The notes beneath the pieces were generated by a model. It did not search any database. It saw only the letters and a program-made list of their open reading frames with translations, and had not been told where the DNA came from. A stretch of 64,000 nt of DNA, taken from the NCBI RefSeq assembly GCF_009914755.1, contig NC_060926.1, one strand, 5' to 3'. This document shows positions 1 through 16,339 of the stretch, piece after piece (positions within the stretch are counted from its first letter, which is position 1; each line of letters begins with the position of its first letter). Source of the DNA: the human T2T-CHM13v2.0 reference genome, Homo sapiens. A program made the translations under genes and the position numbers.

Positions 1-17
1 ACTGAAAGTACCTAAAC

Positions 18-324
<307 letters not shown>

Positions 325-1519
325 TTACAGCTGTTGGATGGCAGATGCATGTTGATCTTGTTTTTCTCATTCATTTGACGAATGTTTACTTAGTGCTAGG
401 CCCTGTGTGGGTGCAGGTCCCAGTGCATAAAACATACACACACACCCCATTCTTCCTTGGAAAAAATCGGGAAACACAGTTGCACAGGAATCATCACAGC
501 AGTAAAAACTCTCCAAAGAGGAATAAGAGAAGTCTAATTCGGGTCAGATCTTCAGAGACAGGTAAGATAAGCCTGCAATACAAGGTTTCCTGGAGGCCTA
601 AATTCTGGGCCCAGAAGAGAAAGGGGAGGTGGCATCAGGCCTCATGAGATGGCTCAAGGGATAGGCTTCTGGACTTCTCCTTGGTTGCTCTCTGCTCATC
701 CCAGCTGAGGTCAGACTGCCAGGCAGTCAGGCTGGCAACGGGATAGCAGGCACATCCTGTTGGCAGCTGAGGCCCAGTCTGGGAGCCGCTGGCCACAGCC
801 CCATGGCAAGAAGACCTTTCTGCTCAGCCGGCTCGTCCTGCAGCTGTTTAGTGGAGAAGAAAAGCCCAAGGAAAGCAGAGCCTGGAATGATTGATGGGGC
901 TGTGTGTGTCTTTCTCTTGCTCCTGTGGATTTTTCCATTGGAAAGAAGAGGCTTGTCTCTCATTTTTAATTGATTTTAATGCAGCTCAGCCAGGCTAGAT
1001 CAGATCTCAGCTCCTCCATGGCCTTCGACGAATGGTGTGAAGAGCTGCCTGAATGTTAATAACAGAGGCTGAGAGAAGCCAGGGAGGAGGCAACAAGGCC
1101 ATTGTCTGCCTGGGAGGCTTCCACGGCTGACCTGCCACAGTGGACCCATCTATGGATTTCAGCAGTGGTGTGGATATGGGAATGGGGGCAGTGTGATGTC
1201 TAGCCTATGGGCCTGATGCAGAGGGATGTTACTGTGTAGCTGTAATTGCAGCCTTAAGGGGCTTCCAACTCAATCCATTGCAAGGTTTGGAACTCCAGCT
1301 GCTGACCTCTCAAAACACTCACTCCCTCTCCTTCTGCCGACTCCCCCTTACCTGTGCCTCGACCTCCTCTGAAAAGCCTTCTGGTGCCCTTGCAATTTCT
1401 CTGTGGCTTTGTCAGCACCTTCTGACAGCAAGAATTCTCTTCTCACTTCCTGTCTTGGCTGTCCTTGCCACCCTCTTCCCCCACCCTTGCTGGGCTCTGC
1501 CTCTGTATGCACTTGGACC

Positions 1520-1660
1520 AATGGCCAAACTCTAGTCCTCAGCTTTCTCCTCTCGAATGGGGACTGTAGCATCGACCACAGAGCGTGATTTTGAAGGGTC
1601 AGAAAAGAGAATGCAGGTAAAGCACACAGTGCTGTGCTCAGGGCAGTCAGTACTTGGGTG
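1520..1660 (+). mobile_element. MIR fragment
   Basis: Degenerate MIR core (CCTCAGCTTTCTCCTCTCGAATGGGG...GTAAAGCAC); approximate bounds. Confidence 0.6.
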
Positions 1661-2222
1661 TTGTTTCTTTTCTACCAAATCCCTCCTTCCACCAAGTCGA
1701 CTGGATCAAGAGACGTGAGCAAAATACGTAATTGGAAATTGGAGGAGGCTGAAACGCTATCCCTGGGGCATGGGCTCAGGCTCCTGTTCTAATCTCTCGA
1801 TAAGATAGTTAATTTATGAGTGTCCTATGCCATTTTCTTGGCTGGAAAGGTATAATAGGTACTTTAGAAGGGTGATTTTCAAGCTTAGCTCCTAGAGAAA
1901 AGATATCAAGAATAATTTAAAAAACAAAAACCAGAGCTGGGACTTAAATCCCAGAGTCTGATACCAATGGGCCAGGTGTTGACAGAGATTTCAGATGGGT
2001 GGAAAAGAAGATCTTATTCCACAAAGCAAGGCCCCTTTACAAGAGTCCAGCCTCGTATTATACCTCTGATGGTCCCCATAGGTCTCTTCCTGTGCTCGCT
2101 ACCATCAACCTAGTTCAATCCAGTGCTCCTGAACTTGGCAGAGCACCCATTGTACCCTATGAGCCTAAGTGGCAGGTGCATGTGTGGTGGGGGAAATCTG
2201 TCTCTCCATGTTTTTTAGTCCT

Positions 2223-2956
2223 TGTCTTAGTATATTTTATGTTGCCATAACAGAGTGCCACAGACTAGATAATTTATAAAGGAAAGGAATTTATTTGACT
2301 TATGGTCTGGAGGGTGGGAAGTCCAAGGGCACAGGCCCAGCACCTGCTCAGCATCCGGTGAAGGCTGTCTTGTTGCATCGTCCCATGGCAGAAAGCAGAA
2401 GGGCAAGTAAGTGGGTGTGTGAGACAGACAGGAAGAGAGCCAAACTTATCCTTTATTTTTTTTTTTAGACAGGCTCTTGCCCTGTCACCCAGGCTGCAGT
2501 TTGTGGTACCATCATGGCTCACTGCAGCTTCAACCTCCTGGGCTCCAGTGATCCTCCCACCCCTCAGTCTCCCGAGTAGCTGGGACTACAGGCATGCGCC
2601 ACCATGCCCAGCTAATTTTTGCGTTTTTTGTAGAGATGAGATTTCACCATGTTGCCCAGGCTGCTCTCAAATTCCTAGGCTAAAGCGATCCTCCCACCTC
2701 AGCCTCCCAAATGCTGGGATTACAGGTATAAGCCACCATGCCAGGCCCCAAATTTACCCTTTTATCAGGAGCCCACTGCCACCATCACTAACTATACCCT
2801 TGATAACTAACCTGCTGCGCAATAACAGCATTAATCCATCTACGACGGCAGAGCCCTCATAACATGATCACCTCTTAAAGGTCCCATCTCCCAACACTGT
2901 TGCACTGGGAATTTTTCCAACACATGAACTTTGGGAAGCACATTTAAACCACAGCA
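2223..2956 (-). mobile_element. MaLR LTR (MST/MLT1A-like), interrupted by an Alu
   Basis: Begins TGTCTTAGT...ATAACAGAGTGCCACAGACT and ends ...AAACCACAGCA, typical MaLR LTR termini; continuous across the Alu. Confidence 0.82.
2457..2747 (-). mobile_element. Alu (AluJ-like)
   Basis: Poly(T) followed by reverse Alu body; degenerate TSD CCAAACTTATCCTTT (from 2440) / CCAAATTTACCCTTT (from 2748). Confidence 0.93.
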
Positions 2957-3183
2957 GACCCCATCTCTTTCCTATCTTTCAAAGAGTGTAGCTGGTATAG
3001 TCCCATATCAATACACGGTCATTGTTTTCTCATATAGAGTCAAACATCCTGGAGCTGGTTTCCCAATATGTACAAACTCTGAAACAACCTGGCCCACAGC
3101 AACCACAGCCCTATAATCCTTCCATGTACATACAAATGTGGTCAAAGCCAGATTCACTGAAACACACGTATTTACAAACATAG

Positions 3184-3633
3184 TGTCAAGAACGTGGAAT
3201 GGTCTGAGATCTTACCTTTTGTGCAAGCTAGCAAACTGATGTGCTGTGGTTTTGAGGATTCTGGTGGAAGCCATGAGATTCCTGGGCCAGGGATGAAGGA
3301 CGGTTTAGTATTCACAGCAATACCAGGAACCAGAGTATCAGCATTTTAGTGCCTGGCCCCGATCCCTAATTCCCACCGAGTGATGTCAAGAGAATTAGAT
3401 GACATCTATGTTACATTACAGGGGAGGAAGAACTCTGAGCTTAGGACTCCCAAGTCTTATAATAAGCAGGAACTATGCCTGCCTTCTCTCAGAAGTAGGA
3501 CACTAATTCTATCTACCAAGGCTGTTTGTCATACAACACCCTTGAAAAGACAGTCCAGAACAAAAAGCAGTCAGTGCCTCACTTGTAAGATGTGCAGAAA
3601 CACAAGAGATCCATGGAGAATGATCTGCTAACA
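3184..3633 (-). mobile_element. ERVL LTR, LTR40-like solo LTR
   Basis: Reverse complement starts TGTTAGCAGATCATTCTCCATGGATCTCTTGTGTTTCTGCACATCTT...GGCACTGACTGC, matching the recalled LTR40 5' end; TG...CA termini. Confidence 0.72.
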
Positions 3634-3763
3634 TTGAGGTCACTGGTCATGCGTCTCAATAGCCTGACACACGCTCCTAACACACATTCATGCAGCATAT
3701 GAACACTCCTCAGTGAGCACAGACATACATGCATCACTGTCTAACAAACACGCACAAAGCTTA

Positions 3764-4056
<293 letters not shown>

Positions 4057-4651
4057 AAGCACTCAGACAGGGTTTGGAACAGTGCCTTGTCTTCCCTATA
4101 TGAAGTGATGAACTGAGAAGGCTTAGCTTGAGTCTCCACCTCTATCCGTTGGCTACATTTACCTTAGAGTGCTTCTTTGCTTACAAAAATATGATCCTTG
4201 CACCCACCCCCTACTTAAAACCCACTGCCTTCAGGACAGAGCTCTAACGTTCTAGCTTGGTCCTAGCCCCACCGTGGCCACCTTTCCAGCTCCTCCTGGC
4301 CCAGCATCCTGCCCTTCTGCCATGCGGGAACTTGACTTTCCTGTGCATTCACACACCCTTTCCCTGCCTCGGCCTGAAACGGAACAGGCATTAGTCTTGG
4401 GCCTGCAGCGCTAACTGTTCTCTGTGCTTCCCTCGCAATCCATGTTTACACCATTGTCTCACTAAGCTCACTGTGGTATCATCCCCACTTAATGTTTCTT
4501 GACTTTCTCCCCATGCGACGCTAGGAACTGTTCCAAAACAAGGCCTTTATCTGACTTGTTTTTTCATCTCTGTTGAGTGAGCCCAAGGTGGGCAGGGTCC
4601 ACGGCTTAAGAGGCCAGGTGGCTGTTATCAGACCAACTATAGGACTGTAGG

Positions 4652-4827
4652 CAGTTCCGGCTGCCTAGTTTTTGGGGCCCAGGGCAGAAGGAAACTGTGG
4701 GGTCCTTGTTCAGAAATGATTAAGAATGACAAGTTGGTGACAGCAGAGCATTAATCCAATATGTGGCCCTTCTCAGAGTAAGGCCCTGGGTAATGGCACA
4801 GGTCACACATGCATGAAGCCAGCCCTC
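4652..4827 (-). mobile_element. MER45A-like hAT-Tip100 DNA transposon
   Basis: Reverse complement AGGGCTGGCTTCATGCATGTGTGACCTGTGCC...TAATGCTCTGCTGTCACC...GAACAAGGACCCC...GCAGCCGGAACTG follows the recalled MER45A consensus end to end. Confidence 0.8.
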
Positions 4828-4959
4828 ACTATAGGGGTACCCACATGGGGAGGTGGTAGCATCAGGTACCTTCACATACCCTGAGGACCCCATGAAGACG
4901 AAAGCCCCAGAGGGAGGAGCAAGCAGCCCAACAGAGCCTTTGGGTTTACATATGGTGAG

Positions 4960-5055
4960 TTTCCTTCCTTCCTTCCTTGCTCCCCACCCCCCTGCCTCTT
5001 CCTTCCTCCCTTTCTTCTTTTTTCTTTCCTCCTTCCCTCTTCCTTTCTTCCTTCT
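4960..5055 (+). repeat. CT-rich low-complexity (polypyrimidine) tract
   Basis: (TTCC)n-like and CT-rich run visible in the sequence. Confidence 0.85.
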
Positions 5056-5379
5056 GTGTGTGGGAGGAGCTTAGCTCTTTTCCTTGTATCCAGTTATGAA
5101 ACTTCTTTGGGCACCTACTGTGAACACTGACCTTGGTATAATGCAATGGGCTTCTTGATCTTAGAAACTCCCAGACACACCCACAGGAGAAAATGGAATC
5201 CCAATTCTCACTCCCCTTCCCCACTTCACCTCTGCATACATACCTGACCACCCATCCAGACCCTTCCCCTTCCCTCAGTTCTTCCTCTGTAAGACTTCAC
5301 AATATATTGAGTCTATGTGTGAAGGTAAAAGTGCTGTAGACAGGTGCAAAATAAAGATGCAAAGAGAAGAGAATGGTAA

Positions 5380-6700
5380 TAAATCAAAAGTAAGTCTGGA
5401 TTATGCCCATCTCACTACCCAGAAGAAACCATTTGACTCTTTCTATTTCTATTCTAGTACCATAGTTCTGAATACGCTTAGATCTTTATTTCACAGTTTG
5501 TTAACTTTGGGCAGTTTCTATTGACTTCCTGCTATGAGAACTGATACATTTAGTGTACTTCTTCCTCACTTTGCTTTCACTCATCTCCTGGTTTTGTTAT
5601 ATTATTTTTAGCTCTTTTAGTTATCCTTATAACATTAGGTAATTTGCTTAAACCTTGGTATGGTTTTGTTCCATCAGCTTTGCAAAATGTGTCCTGACTG
5701 CCCATTCTGTAAGAAGAAAATGGTTTCTGCCTCCACTTCTCATCAATCCGAGTTTATGTTCTGACTTATTTTATATCATCAGACCCTTCAACGTTATCAA
5801 ATATATTACCAATTCTTTTACTTTATTAACTTCTTTTATATGATCAAGGTTACCGCATTTCTAAGCTATGACTTCTGGGCTTTGTCTATAGGTCGATTTC
5901 AACATAGCTCTTATAGTACTATGATTACAAAAACAGTACCAGGTTGGCCCCTCAGAGAAGCAACTGTATTCTCAAGTCACTAAACCTAGGCTGCTTGAAG
6001 AAGACACAAGACTTGGGGTCAGAGGGATTCTCTTACTGCACACGCCATCAGCTTCTCAAACCCATCAGTTGCTGCACTTTAGTTTAAATTGTACATATTT
6101 GGGCCATGACTGCCGTGTTCAGTTTGTTCTTTTTCCTGGCTCCTTCTTGTTCTGCCTTTCATTTCTCATCCAAAGAAGAAACACACTCTTCTTTTCCATG
6201 TCCTTAAAATCACCCAGATTTGTAATCAGTGGGGAAGGTTCTGAACTGGCTTTCTGGTTCCTGTGCAGCCCGCAGCTGGGATTTCCTTTCAGGGCACCAC
6301 ACTGCGCTAATTCCACTGTTCGTTCTACCCCATGCCTTCCTGTCTTTCAGATTCCTTTCTAATTTTGCATGTAATATGTCCTCAAACAATCTTTGTCTGA
6401 AAGGGTATTTAATTGATAGTTTGCCTAGTTGTAGAATTGAAGGTTCAAAATCATTTTCTCTCTGATCCCATTGATCTCTAGCATCTATGCTGTTGTAAAT
6501 TCTGATGCAAATGCAAATTCTGATGCTAATGCGATTCCCTTTTCTTGCAAGTGACCTCTTTTTTTATTTTCTGGAAGCTAAGATCTTATCATTGGCCTTC
6601 CGAAATTTCATAAGGGTATTTTAGGATGTCCTGCCTTCCAGACAAAGACCTGTATTTTCCAACAGCGGTTATTTTCTCCATTTTCTAGGACTCTGAATGA
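5380..6700. mobile_element. Highly decayed ancient L1 (L1M/L1ME-type) fragments
   Basis: T-rich composition and L1-like phrases; not aligned, bounds approximate. Confidence 0.4.
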
Positions 6701-8758
6701 TGACGGCTGGGCCTCCTGGCTTGACCCTCTATGGAGACTCTGCTGCTGATCTCTGCTGGGCCACTTTTAGGTTGTGACTTCTTTGATCTGGTTTAGTCAT
6801 TAGTTCAGTATAATCCTCTTCCCATTTTCCAACACAAATCTCTGACCCTGATGAACTCTTTGTCATGTTGATAGGGATTTCCACACGTGTACATTTCTAT
6901 AGCATTTGGATGGGATAGAGAAGCCATCCTTTATCTACTATCAGGAGTGGAAAGCTCCCCTCTGGAAGTCTTTGGGTCCCTCTGAGAAAGCTGGAAAGAC
7001 ACAGAGAAAGGCAAGGAGGGTGCTCTGCAGGTTTCTAGAGGCCTTCGGAGAGCATCAGCTATTTGTGATGGATGCAGAGCTGCTGAGAAGTCAGCCTGCA
7101 TTCCTGAACATGGCTCTCTCCTGGTTCAGGAATGCAGAACCCTGCAGGGGCCAGGTGCCAAGATGGTGTGGGTTTAGGGCAACAAGAGGAGAGGCAGTTC
7201 CCCAAGGGGTCCTCAAAGCCTTGAGGAGGGCAAGTGAGCCCCAGGCCTCTTGAGGAGCCCTGGTCTGACCCGGCAGGGTTTCTGCCTTATCCCAAGTTCT
7301 GCAAAGCAGAGGGCACCAGGCTGCTGGCTGCCCCTCGAAAGAGCACCTCCCTCTCCCTCCAGACTTAGCATCCCCAGATAGAGGCTACTTTTCAAGGACC
7401 CACTTGGACATTGTTCACTGCGTCTGTATCCATGTGATTTAGTTGAGCGGGTTGCTTTCCTCTTGACACCAGCAGCCAGGGATGGGGGTGCAGAGGGGAG
7501 ATGAGATAATTTGGAAGTGTAGGACAGTTCTGAAGGAGAAGAGGTGGGAGAGGGAATAGCATTGAAGGGCTCTGGGCAGCAACGTTGACGGTGGGTGGGG
7601 AAGGTAATGGAAGGGGTCGCCAGATGGGAGGGGAAGAGCTTGGACCACCTACTTGGCTTCCAGGGAGGCTGAACCGCTTGCGGCCCCTCTCTGCCTCCTG
7701 TTTGGACACCTGGTACTTTTGTGCCTCCATTTCCTCATTTCTCATTCATCTGCACCCTCCCTTATTGAGCATCTTTGAGGTCAGTGGGGTATCATGCCTC
7801 CGTCTCAGTTCTGGGCTGCAAGGTAGCTGACAGCCTTGGGCAAGGAGCCCAGGGACACCTCTGCTGCCCAGTTTCCCTCTTCAGAAACGGACGGAGGGGA
7901 TGTGTCAGGCACTGCGCTGGCACGAAGAGGGTGGGATGGAGAACTGTGAATTCTACCTTCAAGGGGGAGGCAAACCCACATGGACAGAGAAGACACAGGA
8001 ACAGGGCCCAGCGGCACAGGGGAGACTTGGCTGATTTCCAGCATGGGAAGCAGATGCCCCTGCAGTGGTAGAGACACTGGAGCAAGATGGTTACAGGGCC
8101 CCAGAGACAGACTCAGCCCTCCAAGCCTGTGGGAGGGGAGGGCCACTCTACTGGGGGGCCCATGACCACAGAGGGGGCAGGGCCTGGCTGGGTGGGCGCT
8201 GCTGGGCTCACATCTCAGGGGCAGGTCTGAGGCAGTCTGGGAGCGTGAGGCTAGGTTGAGATACACAGGGTCTGCAGAAGTGCCTGAGGCTGCTGTGTGA
8301 CCTGGATGTGCTGCATCGCAAGCTGGGCTGGCCGCAGAGCAGGGCTTGCTGGCACCCAGGACTCACATCGTGAGGAGCGTGAATGCAGGAAGGAAAGTCT
8401 GCTGTATCTGCATGGATCTCAGTGGGCCCTGGAGTGCCTCTAGTCCAACTTCTTTGTCAATGTAGGAACTGGGGCCAGACAGGGAGAGGGCTACCATCCT
8501 TCTTGCACAGCTCACCCCACAAAGCCCCAGTTCCCCTCAGGGCCAGCTCAAAAACCTTCTCCTTTGGGACCAAAACTAATCCTCCAGGCAGGTTGGAATT
8601 GCAATGCCTTGACAATGCTCCCTTCACCAGCTCCCATGAGGCCCGATCTGACTCCCGCTGTCACTGCATCTGTCTGTTCCCAAGCACCTCAAGGGTAGGA
8701 TTGGGTCCTTTCTACAGGGTCTCCCAGTGCTTGTAGAAGAACGCAGTGAGTATTTGTT

Positions 8759-9080
8759 GGATGTGTGGATGGACAGGTGGATAGATGGGTGGGTGGATGG
8801 ATGAATGGATGGATGGATGGATGATTGGATGAATGGATGGATGGGTAGATGGATGGGTGGATGGATGGATGCATGGATGGATAGGTGGATGAATGGAGGT
8901 GGATGGGTGGATGCATGGATGGATAGGTGGATGAATGGATGGGTGGATGAATGGATGGGTGGATGGATAGGTAGATGGATGGATGGATGGGTGGATGAAT
9001 GGATGGGTAGATGGACGGGTGGGTGGGTGGATGGATGGATGGATGGATGGATGGATGGATGGATGATGGATAGATGGGTG
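8759..9080 (+). repeat. Imperfect (GGAT)n/(TGGA)n microsatellite, about 320 bp
   Basis: Direct observation; starts immediately after an L2-like 3' end (...GAGTATTTGTTGGATG). Confidence 0.97.
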
Positions 9081-9939
9081 GCAGACATTTTCTCCAGCCC
9101 CTCTGCATCCAGGCACTGCACTGGCACTCATCAGCCTTTCTCACCCTGCCTAGGGAGGCCTGCTCTGGGCTTCCCTCACACCTGAGCTGTGCACCACTTG
9201 CGATTTTTATGCTGTGAATAAGCTCCTGAAAGGTCACAAGGCAGTTCAGAGGTTGTTCTAGGGAAAGAGAAATGAAGCACCCTGAGTCTCTAAATCCTTA
9301 GCAGCGGGAATACCAGGTGACCTGTTTCTAAGTCAGCTTGCACCCTGGGGAAGCCACCATACCTGCTCTCATCTGGCAGCCCAGCACATACAAGCAGGGC
9401 TGGGGAGGCACAGACCCCATGGACATTTGGCTGCTTTTGTACATTGACACAGCCAGGCTGGCTCTCATGGCTAGCTTTGCAAACTCTAAGCACAGGCTAG
9501 CAAAAGGCAATGGGGAAGGTGGTTCCAGGGCTGGTAGAAGGTACATGTCCCAGGGCTGAGGACCAGGACATGGCCAGGCCCACTATCTCATTTGTGGGTG
9601 GGTAGGTGGCAGAACCTGGGGCAGCACCCAGGCCTGGGGAACAGCTTTCTCACCTCTCACCATACTGGATCTGCAGTGGCGCCTCCTCCTCCACCCCAGC
9701 CCAGGGTCCTGGGGGAAGGGGAAGGCTAGACGAAGCTGCTGTGGTCCTCCTAGATGGTTGTAGTGGAATCCGTGGGGAGGTGAGGAGGCAGTTGCTCTGT
9801 GCACATTGAAATCCCTTATGAGCCAGTGTCCTGCAGGAATAACAAGAACAGATGTGTGTTTTGGTGTTTATCAAATGACTTGACCTCTACTATGTTAGCA
9901 TTGAGGCAGGCAGGAAAGAGATGGTTGTCTACACACACC

Positions 9940-10075
9940 TGTGTAGACAGTTTTCTCATTTGACAGAGTCGGAAACTGAGGCCCAGAGAGAAGGGACTCA
10001 CCCAAGGTCACATGGCAGAAAATACTGGAGTCAGAAGCAGAGCCAGGCCTTCCAACTCTCAGGCCTGGCTCTTGC
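9940..10075 (-). mobile_element. MIR fragment
   Basis: GGAAACTGAGGCCCAGAGAG...CCCAAGGTCACATGGC MIR core. Confidence 0.75.
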
Positions 10076-10479
10076 CTTCATCCCTATGGCCTCCGACTGC
10101 AGGCAGGTCCCAAAGCGGTGGTGCCCCTAGAGTAGCTGAGGACGCTGTTCTGTCCCTGGAACTGACGCCTCCCTGGGGACTGTGGGTGGGAGCAGCAATG
10201 AAGGGAGTGGGTGTGATGGTGATGAGAAAGAAGAGGAAGGGAAAGCAGGGTCTGAGAATGACCCTGGGGCAACAGGAGCCTCTTCAGTCCCCACAAGGGG
10301 CAGAGGGCAGCAGTGAATCCAGAGAGAGCAGCCAGTACACCCTACCCCCAGCTGGCATCCCAGGTCTCTCCAGGTCTAGACTTGCACTGACTCCTCTGTG
10401 CCATCTTTCCAAACATGCCTGCCTCGTCATGCCTCTGTGCCTTTGCCTGGTGGTTTGCTTATTCTCTGTCACACCTGCA

Positions 10480-10725
10480 GGTCCTGCCCAGTGCCCACTC
10501 CTTGGGGATGCTCCCCAGTCTTCTCCTGTGGTGCCCTCGCTGTCCTGCAGCTCAGAGCTGGCACATGGGATCCCTTTCTCCCACTGCATGCAGAGCCCTG
10601 AGGGTAGGCACTGTGTCTGGTTCCTCTCTGTCCCCAACAGCTGACTCAGGGCCTGCAGAGAACAGCTGCCCAATACACATTTGCAGAACAAATGGGTTAA
10701 TAGACAAAAGAGCAGTAAATAAATG
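10480..10725 (+). mobile_element. L2 3' fragment
   Basis: CCCTGAGGGTAGGCACTGTGTCTGGTTC...CAATACACATTTGCAGAAC resembles the L2 3' end. Confidence 0.6.
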
Positions 10726-11008
10726 GGCCTCACAATGCCTGACCACAGTAGGGCCTCAACAGATATTTATTGAGCTAGAGCACAAGAGTCCCAGAGGCTG
10801 GTCCACGATGCCACAATGTCTCTGTTGGCTTCCCTCCATCACACACATACAACCCCTCCCCACCTGCACACACATACACACACACCCACATGCCTCCACA
10901 CATATGCATATGCGTACACAAGCATTCTTCCAGAACACTTGGAACATTTTATTGTGGCCAAATGGTTCTGCCCCTCCGTCTCAAAATGCACACTCCCAGG
11001 ACCCCTGC

Positions 11009-12200
<1,192 letters not shown>

Positions 12201-13099
12201 TCCCTAATACCTATCCACTCCCATACATGTATCCTCACTTTCCCTCTCCACCAACCTCCCCGCTCCCCAGTACGCGACACCAGTACCTGGGAACCTTCTC
12301 AACTTCCCACTGCGATTTCCAAAGATGCTGATCTTCGTCAGCTGCATTAATGAATCACAGCCCAGGAGGCTCCGACCTTCCTAAAAATATCTGAGAACCC
12401 TCAGTGCAGAGAGAGACTGTGAAGGCGTGTGCATCCTCATGGAGCCAGCCTGCCCTGCTCAGGCCACTGGGGGCTACTCGTCATGCTCACCTCTCCCCCA
12501 TGTCCTTGCATCCTCACCTGCTCTGAACCCCAGAAGGCTGAACCAGTGGTTGCAGAGCCAGATCTCTCTAAGACAGCCTCCAGTGCACCCACACATTACA
12601 GATGGGGAAACTGAGGCCCAGAGAGGGAAGGGCCACAGGCCCTTGGTTCCCAGTGCAGGCCACTGCACAGTGTTGCCTCTGTGGTCAGCAGCCAAACAGG
12701 GGTGGGGAGGAGGGACTCCTCAGGTTAGACCCCCAGCAATGAGGGCCCAGCCTGGCCCCTGCAATGAGCTGTGGTCTGATGGGGCCACTACTGGTCCGCA
12801 GACTCAATAAGGAGCTTCTACAGGCAAAAGCAGTTTCCTGGGGCCAGGTGTGGAGGGGCAGGGGGTGGTCCACCATGGTGGAGCTGCCCTCCTATCACAG
12901 GCTTATGCTTCTCAAGCAGGGAAGACGAGGAATGGTCCCCGAGATGGAGAGTGGCAGATTTGGACTTCGTTCTGCTTCACAAAGCTCACCAGTACTAAGT
13001 CCATTCTTTTGCCATTCCTGCACAGGGGGCTTCTTCACACTCGCCCACCCCTCCACCCTGGCAGTAGAATCCAGAGGGCTCTCATTGGTAGCTACAGCT

Positions 13100-13240
13100 T
13101 TGTTTTTCAAAGTGTGGTTCATGGACCAGCGGTATCGACATCCCCTGAGAGCTGGTTGGAAATGCAGAGTCTCAGGCCCCACCCCAGACCTGCTGAATCA
13201 GACCCCAAGGGGTTTTCTGCTGTTAGAGTTTGAGAAGCTC
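13100..13240. mobile_element. MER5A-like hAT-Charlie element
   Basis: TTCAAAGTGTGGTTCATGGACCAGC...GAAATGCAGAGTCTCAGGCCCCACCCCAGACCTGCTGAATCAGA...GTTTGAGAAGC. Confidence 0.8.
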
Positions 13241-13554
13241 GGGGCAATGGAACCACTTAGTGTAGTCTCACTCAGCAGTGACACATGTGATGAGTTGTGC
13301 ATGCATAATATTATTAATCAGCTGGGAGGAGAGCCAGGAGGACGGGAATAGGAAAAGGAGGGCTCCTAGGATCCTAGCACGGCAAGTCCAGAGTGAACGT
13401 GGGAACTGTTGCTCAGCCCCTCTGGAGGCTCCTCGAAGGAGTGAATCTGGGGCCAACAGAGCATGTGAGAATTTGTCCACTGCTGTCCTCTTCCTCAGGC
13501 TGGAAACCCCTCTAGTCTCTCTAACAGGTGCTTTTCAGTCCCAGCTTGGGCTCC

Positions 13555-13705
13555 CATCATGACGGGGAGCTCACCACCTCTCAGGCGGTCTACTGCAGGG
13601 TGGACGGCTGTGACTCCGACAGAGACTCCATCACGTGGAGCAGAAGCTGCCTCCGTGGCCCCAGCTGGCCCACCCTCCAGCTCTGGGCTCCCTCAGGGCT
13701 GCTGG
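13555..13705. mobile_element. CR1/L3-like fragment
   Basis: GACGGGGAGCTCACCACCTC...GGACGGCTGTGACT...GAGCAGAAGCTGCCTCC resembles recalled L3/Plat_L3 sequence. Confidence 0.5.
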
Positions 13706-13778
13706 TGACCAGCCAGTTCCTTCTGTGATCTCTTCTTTACTCCTTGTCACTTTATTCTTTTTCTAGTTCCAGAAATAG

Positions 13779-14153
<375 letters not shown>

Positions 14154-15723
14154 TGAGAATGGAGGTACTGCCACACTGTATGGAAAAGGCACCTACAGAG
14201 GCAGAACTTCCACCACCAGGACTCAGAGGGTGGCATCAGCCTCCCTTGATCACTTCCTCCTGCATGGCAGACAAGTAGGCATCGTGCTGCAGGCTCTGCC
14301 CTGTTCTTTGGGGGCTCAGGAAGTGGAGAGGGACATTAGCAACAGCCCAGACTGGGATCATGGCCTTAACCTGCCAAATGCTGGAGCTTGAGAGCAGGTT
14401 ACCCACTTCTTCCCAGCAGCAGGTCCAACAGTCTCTGTGGGAAGACACAAAATTGTGGCTCAGTTAGCCAGCAAAGACCTAAGACTAGGAGGCCCAGAGC
14501 AGAGCTAGCCCCCAGCTCAGTGCCAGGCTGTGTATAGGGGATAAAATGGGGTGAGGCCATACCCAGGGTGCAATTGCTGCACACTCACCCAGGGCAGCAG
14601 CCCCCGTGTCGCCCACAGCCTGCTCTCACCCAAGACTGTGGCTCCTCCACCAGATGGACCAGGCACTTCCATGGCCCCTGCTTCCTGACCCTCCTGTCCA
14701 CTTCCCACACAGCCTAGGGACCACTCTGAATGCCATCCCCTGTCCCCCGCCAGACCCTCTCCACAATTAATGATCTCGACAGAGTGGGTCTCCCTGCCAC
14801 CTGCTATACCCTGACCCAGGGATACCCAGGAGATCTCCTCTGAAGCTTGACCCTGGCAGCCATCTGTAGCCTCCCACAAACTAGGAAAGGGTGGTGGTGG
14901 GGACAGCCCCTCCCGGGCAGGCCAACCCCACCCCGTGGGACAGTCAGCACACCCTGCAACTAGGGTACGTCTAATAACAGCTGCACTCATCCCACTGGAA
15001 GATGAATGTGGAACCTCTGATCCTGCTCCACCAACAGGGAGCAGGGCTCTCCAGGGCCAAGCCAAAGCCACCAGGCAGGTCAGAGCAGGGTTTTGTCACT
15101 CCTCTCAGGATATAGCGGGACAGCAGCAGCCCAGAGAGCCGGAGCCCTGCTGGAGCCTGCGCAGTGAGATGGATGTAGAGTCAGGGCTGGAACTGGAATG
15201 TGCTGCCTCACAGGCCAAGGCTTCCATGGAAAAAGAACAGCCATCATTCATGGCTGAGCGCTCCAAGCTAGCTACCACATACGCATTGCTTCCTGGTATG
15301 GTAGTTATGACAACCCTATTTCACTAATGAGGAAAGGGCTTAACAAACTCCACCAAGGTCGCAGTTAGCAAACAGCCCACCCTGCCCCTCTAGGAACTCC
15401 CAGCTCATTTCCCAGGACAGGAGGCTCTGCAGCTCCTGCTACACTCACCAGCTTTGCCCCATCCCGGCACTGACAGGGAGTTCACTCCTTGGGGAGCCCT
15501 TCCTTTGGCAGCCAGACGTATTCCCCTGCAGTAGAGTTCAAGATGTTTCCCCTATAACTGCCCATCACCCCCGCCTGTGCCGGGGTACAGCTCTAAGGGA
15601 GACACAGACACTGCTTGGGCTGACTCCTTCCCAGCTGAGTCTCTGAACTGCCCAGGGATCTGTAGTATGTGGGTCCGGGTGGGGTGACTCCCAGCTCTCA
15701 GCATTTCTGCCCCAGTGGCCTGA

Positions 15724-16270
<547 letters not shown>

Positions 16271-16339
16271 TAGCCCCTGAACCCCTGAGAACAAGGATTG
16301 AGTTTCTCCTACTCTGTCCCCCTCTCAGAATCTCCTGAC

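Noticed and set aside
4950-4962. Consensus splice donor G|GTGAGT before a CT-rich tract
   Set aside because: No supporting exon chain can be built from sequence alone; such motifs are frequent.
8624-9237. Long ORFs of HPSI/IHP/MDGW repeats
   Set aside because: They are translations of the (GGAT)n microsatellite, which lacks stops in several frames.
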